DNA of 64,000 bases from the human T2T-CHM13v2.0 reference genome, Homo sapiens. The stretch lies in NCBI RefSeq assembly GCF_009914755.1, contig NC_060925.1; one strand, written 5' to 3'. Below the pieces are notes generated by a model that was not told where the DNA came from, searched no databases, and was given only the letters and a program-made list of their open reading frames with translations. Numbering within the stretch: position 1 is the first letter of the stretch; every line of letters starts with the position of its first letter. This document shows positions 13,101 to 24,700 of this stretch, piece by piece. A program made the position numbers and the translations under genes.

Positions 13101-14298
13101 TTAAGGTCAATGGCAGAAAAGGAAATATCTTCGTTTCAAAACTAGACAGAATCATTCCCACAAACTGCGTTGTGATGTGTTCGTTCAACTCACAGAGTTT
13201 AACCTTTCTGTTCATAGAGCAGTTAGGAAACACTCTGTTTGTAAAGTCTGTAAGTGGATATTCTGACATCTTGTGGCCTTCGTTGGAAACGGGATTTCTT
13301 CATATTCTGCTACACAGAAGAATTCTCAGTAACTTCCTTGTGTTGTGTGTATTCAACTCACAGAGTTGAACGATCCTTTACACAGAGCAGACTTGAAACA
13401 CTCTTTTTGTGGAATTTGCAAGTGGAGATTTCAGCCGCTTTGAGGTCAATGGTAGAAAAGGAAACTATCTTCATATAAAGACTAGACAGAATGATTCTCA
13501 GAAAATCTTTTGTGATGTGTGCGTTCAACTCACAGAGTTTAACTTTTCTTCTCATAGAGCAGTTAGGAAACACTCTGTTTGTAAAGTCTGCAAGTGGATA
13601 TTCAGACATCTTTGAGGCCTTCGTTGGAAACGGGATTTCTTCATATTCTGCTAGACAGAAGAATTCTCAGTAACTTCCTTGTGTTGTGTGTATTCAACTC
13701 ACAGAGTTGAAGGATCCTTTACAGAGAGCAGGCTTGAAACACTCTTTTTGTCGAATTTGCAAGTGGAGATTTCAGCCGCTTTGAGGTCAATGGTAGAATA
13801 GGAAATATCTTCTTATAGAAACTAGACAGAATGATTCTCATAAACTCCTTTGTGATGTGTGCGTTCAACTCACAGAGTTTAACCTTTCTTTTCATAGAGC
13901 AGTTAGGAAACACTCTGTTTGTAAAGTCTGCAAGTGGATATTCAGACCTCCTTGAGGCCTTCGTTGGAAACGGGATTTCTTCATATTCTGCTAGACAGAA
14001 GAATTCTCAGTAACTTCCTTGTGTTGTGTTTATTCAACTCACAGAGTTGAATGATCCTTTACACAGAGCAGACTTGAAACACTCTTTTTGTGGAATTTGC
14101 AAGTGGAGATTTCAGCCGCTTTGAGGTCAACGGTAGAAAAGTAAATATCTTCGTATAAAGACTAGACAGAATGATTCTCAGAAACTCCTTTGTGATGTGT
14201 GCGTTCAACTCACAGAGTTTAACCTTACTGTTCATAGAGCAGTTAGGAAACACTCTGTTTGTAAAGTCTGCAAGTGGATATTCAGACCTCTTTGAGGC
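7156..14298 (+). repeat. Super-unit Y, copy 1 (21 dimers, 7143 bp)
   Basis: Dimer order A B C D E F A B A B G B A B G B C/E F A B C. The ORF series recurs at +28905 (36141...) and +36048 (43284...). Confidence 0.88.
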
Positions 14299-17200
14299 CT
14301 TCGTTGGAAACGGGATTTCTTCATATTATGCTAGACAGAAGAATTCTCAGTAACTTCCTTGTGTTGTGTGTATTCAACTCACAGAGTTGAACGATCCTTT
14401 ACACAGAGCAGACTTGAAACATTCTTTTTGTGGAATTTGCAAGTGGAGATTTCAGCCGCTTTGAGGTCAATGGTAGAATAGGAAATATCTTCCTATAGAA
14501 ACTAGACAGAACGATTCTCAGAAACTCCTTTGTGATGTGTGCGTTCAACTCACAGAGTTTAACCTTTCTGTTCATAGAGCAGTTAGGAAACACTCTATTT
14601 GTAAAGTCTGCAAGTGGATATTCAGACCTCTTTGAGGCCTTCGTTGGAAACGGGATTTCTTCATATTCTGCTAGACAGAAGAATTCTCAGTAACTTCCTT
14701 GTGTTGTGTGTATTCAACTCACAGAGTTGAACGATCCTTTACACAGAGCAGACTTGAAACACTCTTTTTGTGGAATTTGCAAGTGGAGATTTCAGCCGCT
14801 TTGAGGTCAATAGTAGAAAAGGAAATATCTTCGTAGAAAAACTAGACAGAATGATTCTCAGAAACTCCTTTGTGATGTGTGTGTTCAACTCACAGAGTTT
14901 AACCTTTCTTTTCATAGAGCAGTTAGTAAACACTCTGTTTATAAAGTCTGCAAGTGGATATTCAGACCCCTTTGAGGCCTTCGTTGGAAACGGGATTTCT
15001 TCATATTATGCTAGACAGAAGAATTCTCAGTAACTTCCTTGTGTTGTGTGTATTCAACTGACAGAGTTGAACTTTCATTTAGAGAGAGCAGATTTGAAAC
15101 ACTGTTTTTGTGGAATTTGCAAGTGGAGATTTCAAGCGCTTTGGGGCCAAAGGCAGAAAAGGAAATATCTTCGTATAAAAACTAGACAGAATCATTCTCA
15201 GAAACTGCTGCGTGATGTGTGCGTTCAACTCTCAGAGTTTAACTTTTCTTTTCATTCAGCGGTTTGGAAACACTCTGTTTGTAAAGTCTGCACGTGGATA
15301 TTTTGACCACTTAGAGGCCTTCGTTGGAAACGGGTTTTCTTCATGTAAGGCTAGACAGAAGAATTCCCAGTAACTTCCTTGTGTTCTGTGCATTCAACTC
15401 ACAGAGTTGAACGTTCCCTTAGACAGAGCAGATTTGAAACACTCTATTTGTGCAATTTGTAGTGTAGATTTCAAGCGCTTTAAGGTCAATGGCAGAAAAG
15501 GAAATTTCTTCGTTTCAAAACTAGACAGAATCATTCCCACAAACTGCGTTGTGATGTGTTCGTTCAACTCACAGAGTTTAACCTTTCTGTTCATAGAGCA
15601 GTTAGGAAACACTCTGTTTGTAAAGTCTGCAAGTGGATATTCAGACCTCCTTGAGGCCTTCGTTGGAAACGGGATTTCTTCATATTCTGCTACACAGAAG
15701 AATTCTCAGTAACTTCCTTGTGTTGTGTTTATTCAACTCACAGAGTTGAAGGATTCTTTACAGAGAGCAGGCTTGAAACACTCTTTTTGTCGAATTTGCA
15801 AGTGGAGATTTCAGCCGCTTTGAGGTCAATGGTAGAATAGGAAATATCTTCTTATAGAAACTAGACAAAATGATTCTCATGAACTCCTTTGTGATGTGTG
15901 CGTTCAACTCACAGAGTTTAACCTTTCTTTTCATAGAGCAGTTAGGAAACACTCTGTTTGTAAAGTCTGCAAGTGGATATTCAGACCTCCTTGAGGCCTT
16001 CGTTGGAAACGGGATTTCTTCATATTCTGCTAGACAGAAGAATTCTCAGTAACTTCCTTGTGTTGTGTGTATTCAACTCACAGAGTTGAACGATCCTTTA
16101 CACAGAGCAGACTTGAAACATTCTTTTTGAGGAATTTGCAAGTGGAGATTTCAGCCGCTTTGAGGTCAATGGTAGAATAGGAAATATCTTCCTATAGAAA
16201 CTAGACAGAACGATTCTCAGAAACTCCTTTGTGATGTGTGCGTTCAACTCACAGAGTTTAACCTTTCTTTTCATAGAGCAGTTAGGAAACACTCTGTTTG
16301 TAAAGTCTGCAAGTGGATATTCAGACCTCTTTGAGGCCTTCGTTGGAAACGGGATTTCTTCCTATTCTGCTAGACAGAAGAATTCTCAGTAACTTCCTTG
16401 TGTTGTGTGTATTCAACTCACAGAGTTGAACGATCCTTTACACAGAGCAGACTTGAAACACTCTTTTTGTGGAATTTGCAAGTGGAGATTTCAGCCGCTT
16501 TGAGGTCAATAGTAGAAAAGGAAATATCTTCGTAGAAAAACTAGACAGAATGATTCTCAGAAACTCCTTTGTGATGTGTGTGTTCAACTCACAGAGTTTA
16601 ACCTTTCTTTTCATAGAGCAGTTAGTAAACACTCTGTTTATAAAGTCTGCAAGTGGATATTCAGACCCCTTTGAGGCCTTCGTTGGAAACGGGATTTCTT
16701 CATATTATGCTAGACAGAAGAATTCTCAGTAACTTCCTTGTGTTGTGTGTATTCAACTCACAGAGTTGAACTTTCATTTGGAGAGAGCAGATTTGAAACA
16801 CTGTTTTTGTGGAATTTGCAAGTGGAGATTTCAAGCGCTTTGGGGCCAAAGGCAGAAAAGGAAATATCTTCGTATAAAAACTAGACAGAATCATTCTCAG
16901 AAACTGCTGCGTGATGTGTGCGTTCAACTCTCAGAGTTTAACTTTTCTTTTCATTCAGCGGTTTGGAAACACTCTGTTTGTAAAGTCTGCACGTGGATAT
17001 TTTGACCACTTAGAGGCCTTCGTTGGAAACGGGTTTTTTTCATGTAAGGCTAGACAGAAGAATTCCCAGTAACTTCCTTGTGTTGTGTGCATTCAACTCA
17101 CAGAGTTGAACGTTCCCTTAGACAGAGCAGATTTGAAACACTCTATTTGTGCAATTTGCAAGTGTAGATTTCAAGCGCTTTAAGGTCAACGGCAGAAAAG

Positions 17201-20200
17201 GAAATATCTTCGTTTCAAAACTAGACAGAATCATTCCCACAAACTGCGTTGTGATGTGTTCGTTCAACTCACAGAGTTTAACCTTTCTTTTCATAGAGCA
17301 GTTAGGAAACACTCTCTTTGTAAAGTCTGTAAGTGGATATTCTGATATCTTGTGGCCTTCGTTGGAAACGGGATTTCTTCATATTATGCTAGACAGAAGA
17401 ATTCTCAGTAACTTCCTTGTGTTGTGTGTATTCAACTCACAGAGTTGAACGATCCTTTACACAGAGCAGACTTGAAACACTCTTTTTGTGGAATTTGCAA
17501 GTGGAGATTTCAGCCGCTTTGAGGTCAATGGTAGAAAAGGAAACTATCTTCATATAAAGACTAGACAGAATGATTCTCAGAAAATCTTTTGTGATGTGTG
17601 CGTTCAACTCACAGAGTTTAACTTTTCTTCTCATAGAGCAGTTAGGAAACACTCTGTTTGTAAAGTCTGCAAGTGGATATTCAGACCTGTTTGAGGCCTT
17701 CGTTGGAAACGGGATTTCTTCATATTATGCTAGACAGAATAATTCTCAGTAACTTCCTTGTGTTGTGTGTATTCAACTCACAGAGTTGAAGGATCCTTTA
17801 CAGAGAGCAGGCTTGAAACACTCTTTTTGTCGAATTTGCAAGTGGAGATTTCAGCCGCTTTGAGGTCAATGGTAGAATAGGAAATATCTTCTTATAGAAA
17901 CTAGACAAAATGATTCTCATGAACTCCTTTGTGATGTGTGCGTTCAACTCACAGAGTTTAACCTTTCTTTTCATAGAGCAGTTAGGAAACACTCTGTTTG
18001 TAAAGTCTGCAAGTGGATATTCAGACCTCCTTGAGGCCTTCGTTGGAAACGGGATTTCTTCATATTCTGCTAGACAGAAGAATTCTCAGTAACTTCCTTG
18101 TGTTGTGTGTATTCAACTCACAGAGTTGAACGATCCTTTACACAGAGCAGACTTGAAACATTCTTTTTGTGGAATTTGCAAGTGGAGATTTCAGCCGCTT
18201 TGAGGTCAATGGTAGAATAGGAAATATCTTCCTATAGAAACTAGACAGAACGATTCTCAGAAACTCCTTTGTGATGTGTGCGTTCAACTCACAGAGTTTA
18301 ACCTTTCTTTTCATAGAGCAGTTAGGAAACACTCTGTTTGTAAAGTCTGCAAGTGGATATTGAGACCTCTTTGAGGCCTTCGTTGGAAACGGGATTTCTT
18401 CCTATTCTGCTAGACAGAAGAATTCTCAGTAACTTCCTTGTGTTGTGTGTATTCAACTCACAGAGTTGAACTTTCATTTGGAGAGAGCAGATTTGAAACA
18501 CTGTTTTTGTGGAATTTGCAAGTGGAGATTTCAAGCGCTTTGGGGCCAAAGGCAGAAAAGGAAATATCTTCGTATAAAAACTAGACAGAATCATTCTCAG
18601 AAACTGCTGCGTGATGTGTGCGTTCAACTCTCAGAGTTTAACTTTTCTTTTCATTCAGCGGTTTGGAAACACTCTGTTTGTAAAGTCTGCACGTGGATAT
18701 TTTGACCACTTAGAGGCCTTCGTTGGAAACGGGTTTTTTTCATGTAAGGCTAGACAGAAGAATTCCCAGTAACTTCCTTGTGTTGTGTGCATTCAACTCA
18801 CAGAGTTGAACGTTCCCTTAGACAGAGCAGATTTGAAACACTCTATTTGTGCAATTTGCAAGTGTAGATTTCAAGCGCTTTAAGGTCAACGGCAGAAAAG
18901 GAAATATCTTCGTTTCAAAACTAGACAGAATCATTCCCACAAACTGCGTTGTGATGTGTACGTTCAACTCACAGAGTTTAACCTTTCTTTTCATAGAGCA
19001 GTTAGTAAACACTCTGTTTATAAAGTCTGCAAGTGGATATTCAGACCCCTTTGAGGCCGTCGTTGGAAACGGGATTTCTTCATATTATGCTAGACAGAAG
19101 AATTCTCAGTAACTTCCTTGTGTTGTGTGTATTCAACTGACAGAGTTGAACTTTCATTTAGAGAGAGCAGATTTGAAACACTGTTTTTGTGGAATTTGCA
19201 ATTGGAGATTTCAAGCGCTTTGGGGCCAAAGGCAGAAAAGGAAATATCTTCGTATAAAAACTAGACAGAATCATTCTCAGAAACTCCTTTGTGATGTGTG
19301 CGTTCAACTCTCAGAGTTTAACTTTTCTTTTCATTCAGCGGTTTGGAAACACTCTGTTTGTAAAGTCTGCACGTGGATATTTTGACCACTTAGAGGCCTT
19401 CGTTGGAAACGGGTTTTTTTCATGTAAGGCTAGACAGAAGAATTCCCAGTAACTTCCTTGTGTTGTGTGCATTCAACTCACAGAGTTGAACGTTCCCTTA
19501 GACAGAGCAGATTTGAAACACTCTATTTGTGCAATTTGCAAGTGTAGATTTCAAGCGCTTTAAAGTCAATGGCAGAAAAGGAAATATCTTCGTTTCAAAA
19601 CTAGACAGAATCATTCCCACAAACTGCGTTGTGATGTGTTCGTTCAACTCACAGAGTTTAACCTTTCTGTTCATAGAGCAGTTAGGAAACACTCTGTTTG
19701 TAAAGTCTGCAAGTGGATATTCAGACCTCTTTGAGGCCTTCGTTGGAAACGGGATTTCTTCATATTCTGCTAGACAGAAGAATTCTCAGTAACTTCCTTG
19801 TGTTGTGTGTATTCAACTCACAGAGTTGAACGATCCTTTACACAGAGCAGACTTGAAACACTCTTTTTGTGGAATTTGCAAGTGGAGATTTCAGCCGCTT
19901 TGAGGTCAATAGTAGAAAAGGAAATATCGTCGTAGAAAAACTAGACAGAATGATTCTCAGAAACTCCTTTGTGATGTGTGTGTTCAACTCACAGAGTTTA
20001 ACCTTTCTTTTCATAGAGCAGCTAGTAAACACTCTGTTTATGAAATCTGCAAGTGGATATTCAGACCCCTTTGAGGCCTTCGTTGGAAACGGGATTTCTT
20101 CATATTCTGCTAGACAGAAGAATTCTCAGTAACTTCCTTGTGTTGTGTGTATTCAACTGACAGAGTTGAACTTTCATTTGGAGAGAGCAGATTTGAAACA

Positions 20201-21777
20201 CTGTTTTTGTGGAATTTGCAAGTGGAGATTTCAAGCGCTTTGGGGCCAAAGGCAGAAAAGGAAATATCTTCGTATAAAAACTAGACAGAATCATTCTCAG
20301 AAACTGCTGCGTGATGTGTGCGTTCAACTCTCAGAGTTTAACTTTTCTTTTCATTCAGCGGTTTGGAAACACTCTGTTTGTAAAGTCTGCACGTGGAAAT
20401 TTTGACCACTTAGAGGCCTTCGTTGGAAACGGGTTTTTTTCATGTAAGGCTAGACAGAAGAATTCCCAGTAACTTCCTTGTGTTGTGTGCATTCAACTCA
20501 CAGAGTTGAACGTTCCCTTAGACAGAGCAGATTTGAAACACTCTATTTGTGCAATTTGCAAGTGTAGATTTCAAGCGCTTTAAGGTCAATGGCAGAAAAG
20601 GAAATATCTTCGTTTCAAAACTAGACAGAATCATTCCCACAAACTGCGTTGTGATGTGTTCGTTCAACTCACAGAGTTTAACCTTTCTGTTCATAGAGCA
20701 GTTAGGAAACACTCTGTTTGTAAACTCTGTAAGTGGATATTCTGACATCTTGTGGCCTTCGTTGGAAACGGGATTTCTTCATATTCTGCTAGACAGAAGA
20801 ATTCTCAGTAACTTCCTTGTGTTGTGTGTATTCAACTCACAGAGTTGAATGATCCTTTACACAGAGCAGACTTGAAACACTCTTTTTGTGGAATTTGCAA
20901 GTGGAGATTTCAGCCGCTTTGAGGTCAATGGTAGAAAAGGAAACTATCTTCATATAAAGAATAGACAGAATGATTCTCAGAAAATCTTTTGTGATGTGTG
21001 CGTTCAACTCACAGAGTTTAACTTTTCTTCTCATAGAGCAGTTAGGAAACACTCTGTTTGTAAAGTCTGCAAGTGGATATTCAGACCTCTTTGAGGCCTT
21101 CGTTGGAAACGGGATTTCTTCATATTATGCTAGACAGAATAATTCTCAGTAACTTCCTTGTGTTGTGTGTATTTAACTCACAGAGTTGAAGGATCCTTTA
21201 CAGAGAGCAGGCTTGAAACACTCTTTTTGTCGAATTTGCAAGTGGAGATTTCAGCCGCTTTGAGGTCAACGGTAGAAAAGTAAATATCTTCGTATAAAGA
21301 CTAGACAGAATGATTCTCAGAAACTCCTTTGTGATGTGTGCGTTCAACTCACAGAGTTTAACCTTTCTGTTCATAGAGCAGTTAGGAAACACTCTGTTTG
21401 TAAAGTCTGCAAGTGGATATTCAGACCTCCTTGAGGCCTTCGTTGGAAACGGGATTTCTTCATATTCTGCTAGACAGAAGAATTCTCAGTAACTTCCTTG
21501 TGTTGTGTTTATTCAACTCACAGAGTTGAATGATCCTTTACACAGAGCAGACTTGAAACACTCTTTTTGTGGAATTTGCAAGTGGAGATTTCAGCCGCTT
21601 TGAGGTCAACGGTAGAAAAGTAAATATCTTCGTATAAAGACTAGACAGAATGATTCTCAGAAACTCCTTTGTGATGTGTGCGTTCAACTCACAGAGTTTA
21701 ACCTTTCTGTTCATAGAGCAGTTAGGAAACACTCTGTTTGTAAAGTCTGCAAGTGGATATTCAGACCTCCTTGAGGC
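14299..21777 (+). repeat. Irregular segment Z (22 dimers), E/F-rich, with hybrids and private variants
   Basis: Order G D E F B G D E F A B G E F/D E F D E F A B/C C. Only parts of it recur elsewhere, in 50.3-64 kb. Confidence 0.75.
19058..19074 (+). promoter_or_regulatory. Mutated CENP-B box (T>G at core position 2)
   Basis: Reads CGTCGTTGGAAACGGGA, with G at 19059 in place of T. Confidence 0.85.
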
Positions 21778-24700
21778 CTTCGTTGGAAACGGGATTTCTT
21801 CATATTCTGCTAGACAGAAGAATTCTCAGTAACTTCCTTGTGTTGTGTGTATTCAACTCACAGAGTTGAACGATCCTTTACACAGAGCAGACTTGAAACA
21901 CTCTTTTTGTGGAATTTGCAAGTGGAGATTTCAGCCGCTTTGAGGTCAATGGTAGAAAAGGAAACTATCTTCATATAAAGACTAGACAGAATGATTCTCA
22001 GAAAATCTTTTGTGATGTGTGCGTTCAACTCACAGAGTTTAACTTTTCTTCTCATAGAGCAGTTAGGAAACACTCTGTTTGTAAAGTCTGCAAGTGGATA
22101 TTCAGACATCTTTGAGGCCTTCGTTGGAAACGGGATTTCTTCATATTCTGCTAGACAGAAGAATTCTCAGTAACTTCCTTGTGTTGTGTGTATTCAACTC
22201 ACAGAGTTGAAGGATCCTTTACAGAGAGCAGGCTTGAAACACTCTTTTTGTCGAATTTGCAAGTGGAGATTTCAGCCGCTTTGAGGTCAATGGTAGAATA
22301 GGAAATATCTTCTTATAGAAACTAGACAGAATGATTCTCATAAACTCCTTTGTGATGTGTGCGTTCAACTCACAGAGTTTAACCTTTCTTTCCATAGAGC
22401 AGTTAGGAAACACTCTGTTTGTAAAGTCTGCAAGTGGATATTCAGACCTCCTTGAGGCCTTCGTTGGAAACGGGATTTCTTCATATTCTGCTAGACAGAA
22501 GAATTCTCAGTAACTTCCTTGTGTTGTGTTTATTCAACTCACAGAGTTGAATGATCCTTTACACAGAGCAGACTTGAAACACTCTTTTTGTGGAATTTGC
22601 AAGTGGAGATTTCAGCCGCTTTGAGGTCAACGGTAGAAAAGTAAATATCTTCGTATAAAGACTAGACAGAATGATTCTCAGAAACTCCTTTGTGATGTGT
22701 GCGTTCAACTCACAGAGTTTAACCTTTCTGTTCATAGAGCAGTTAGGAAACACTCTGTTTGTAAAGTCTGCAAGTGGATATTCAGACCTCTTTGAGGCCT
22801 TCGTTGGAAACGGGATTTCTTCATATTCTGCTAGACAGAAGAATTCTCAGTAACTTCCTTGTGTTGTGTGTATTCAACTCACAGAGTTGAACGATCCTTT
22901 ACACAGAGCAGACTTGAAACACTCTTTTTGTGGAATTTGCAAGAGGAGATTTCAGCCGCTTTGAGGTCAATAGTAGAAAAGGAAATGTCTTCGTAGAAAA
23001 ACTAGACAGAATGATTCTCAGAAACTCCTTTGTGATGTGTGTGTTCAACTCACAGAGTTTAACCTTTCTTTTCATAGAGCAGTTAGTAAACACTCTGTTT
23101 ATAAAGTCTGCAAGTGGATATTCAGACCCCTTTGAGGCCTTCGTTGGAAACGGGATTTCTTCATATTATGCTAGACAGAAGAATTCTCAGTAACTTCCTT
23201 GTGTTGTGTGTATTCAACTGACAGAGTTGAACTTTCATTTGGAGAGAGCAGATTTGAAACACTGTTTTTGTGGAATTTGCAAGTGGAGATTTCAAGCGCT
23301 TTGGGGCCAAAGGCAGAAAAGGAAATATCTTCGTATAAAAACTAGACAGAATCATTCTCAGAAACTGCTGCGTGATGTGTGCGTTCAACTCTCAGAGTTT
23401 AACCTTTCTTTTCATTCAGCGGTTTGGAAACACTCTGTTTGTAAAGTCTGCACGTGGATATTTTGACCACTTAGAGGCCTTCGTTGGAAACGGGTTTTTT
23501 TCATGTAAGGCTAGACAGAAGAATTCCCAGTAACTTCCTTGTGTTGTGTGCATTCAACTCACAGAGTTGAACGTTCCCTTAGACAGAGCAGATTTGAAAC
23601 ACTCTATTTGTGCAATTTGCAAGTGTAGATTTCAAGCGCTTTAAGGTCAACGGCAGAAAAGGAAATATCTTCGTTTCAAAACTAGACAGAATCATTCCCA
23701 CAAACTGCGTTGTGATGTGTTCGTTCAACTCACAGAGTTTAACCTTTCTGTTCATAGAGCAGTTAGGAAACACTCTGTTTGTAAAGTCTGTAAGTGGATA
23801 TTCTGATATCTTGTGGCCTTCGTTGGAAACGGGATTTCTTCATATTCTGCTAGACAGAAGAATTCTCAGTAACTTCCTTGTGTTGTGTGTATTCAACTCA
23901 CAGAGTTGAACGATCCTTTACACAGAGCAGACTTGAAACACTCTTTTTGTGGAATTTGCAAGTGGAGATTTCAGCCGCTTTGAGGTCAATGGTAGAAAAG
24001 GAAACTATCTTCATATAAAGACTAGACAGAATGATTCTCAGAAAATCTTTTGTGATGTGTGCGTTCAACTCACAGAGTTTAACTTTTCTTCTCATAGAGC
24101 AGTTAGGAAACACTCTGTTTGTAAAGTCTGCAAGTGGATATTCAGACCTGTTTGAGGCCTTCGTTGGAAACGGGATTTCTTCATATTATGCTAGACAGAA
24201 TAATTCTCAGTAACTTCCTTGTGTTGTGTGTATTCAACTCACAGAGTTGAAGGATCCTTTACAGAGAGCAGGCTTGAAACACTCTTTTTGTCGAATTTGC
24301 AAGTGGAGATTTCAGCCGCTTTGAGGTCAATGGTAGAATAGGAAATATCTTCTTATAGAAACTAGACAAAATGATTCTCATGAACTCCTTTGTGATGTGT
24401 GCGTTCAACTCACAGAGTTTAACCTTTCTTTTCATAGAGCAGTTAGGAAACACTCTGTTTGTAAAGTCTGCAAGTGGATATTCAGACCTCCTTGAGGCCT
24501 TCGTTGGAAACGGGATTTCTTCATATTCTGCTAGACAGAAGAATTCTCAGTAACTTCCTTGTGTTGTGTGTATTCAACTCACAGAGTTGAACGATCCTTT
24601 ACACAGAGCAGACTTGAAACACTCTTTTTGTGGAATTTGCAAGTGGAGATTTCAGCCGCTTTGAGGTCAATGGTAGAAAAGGAAACTATCTTCATATAAA

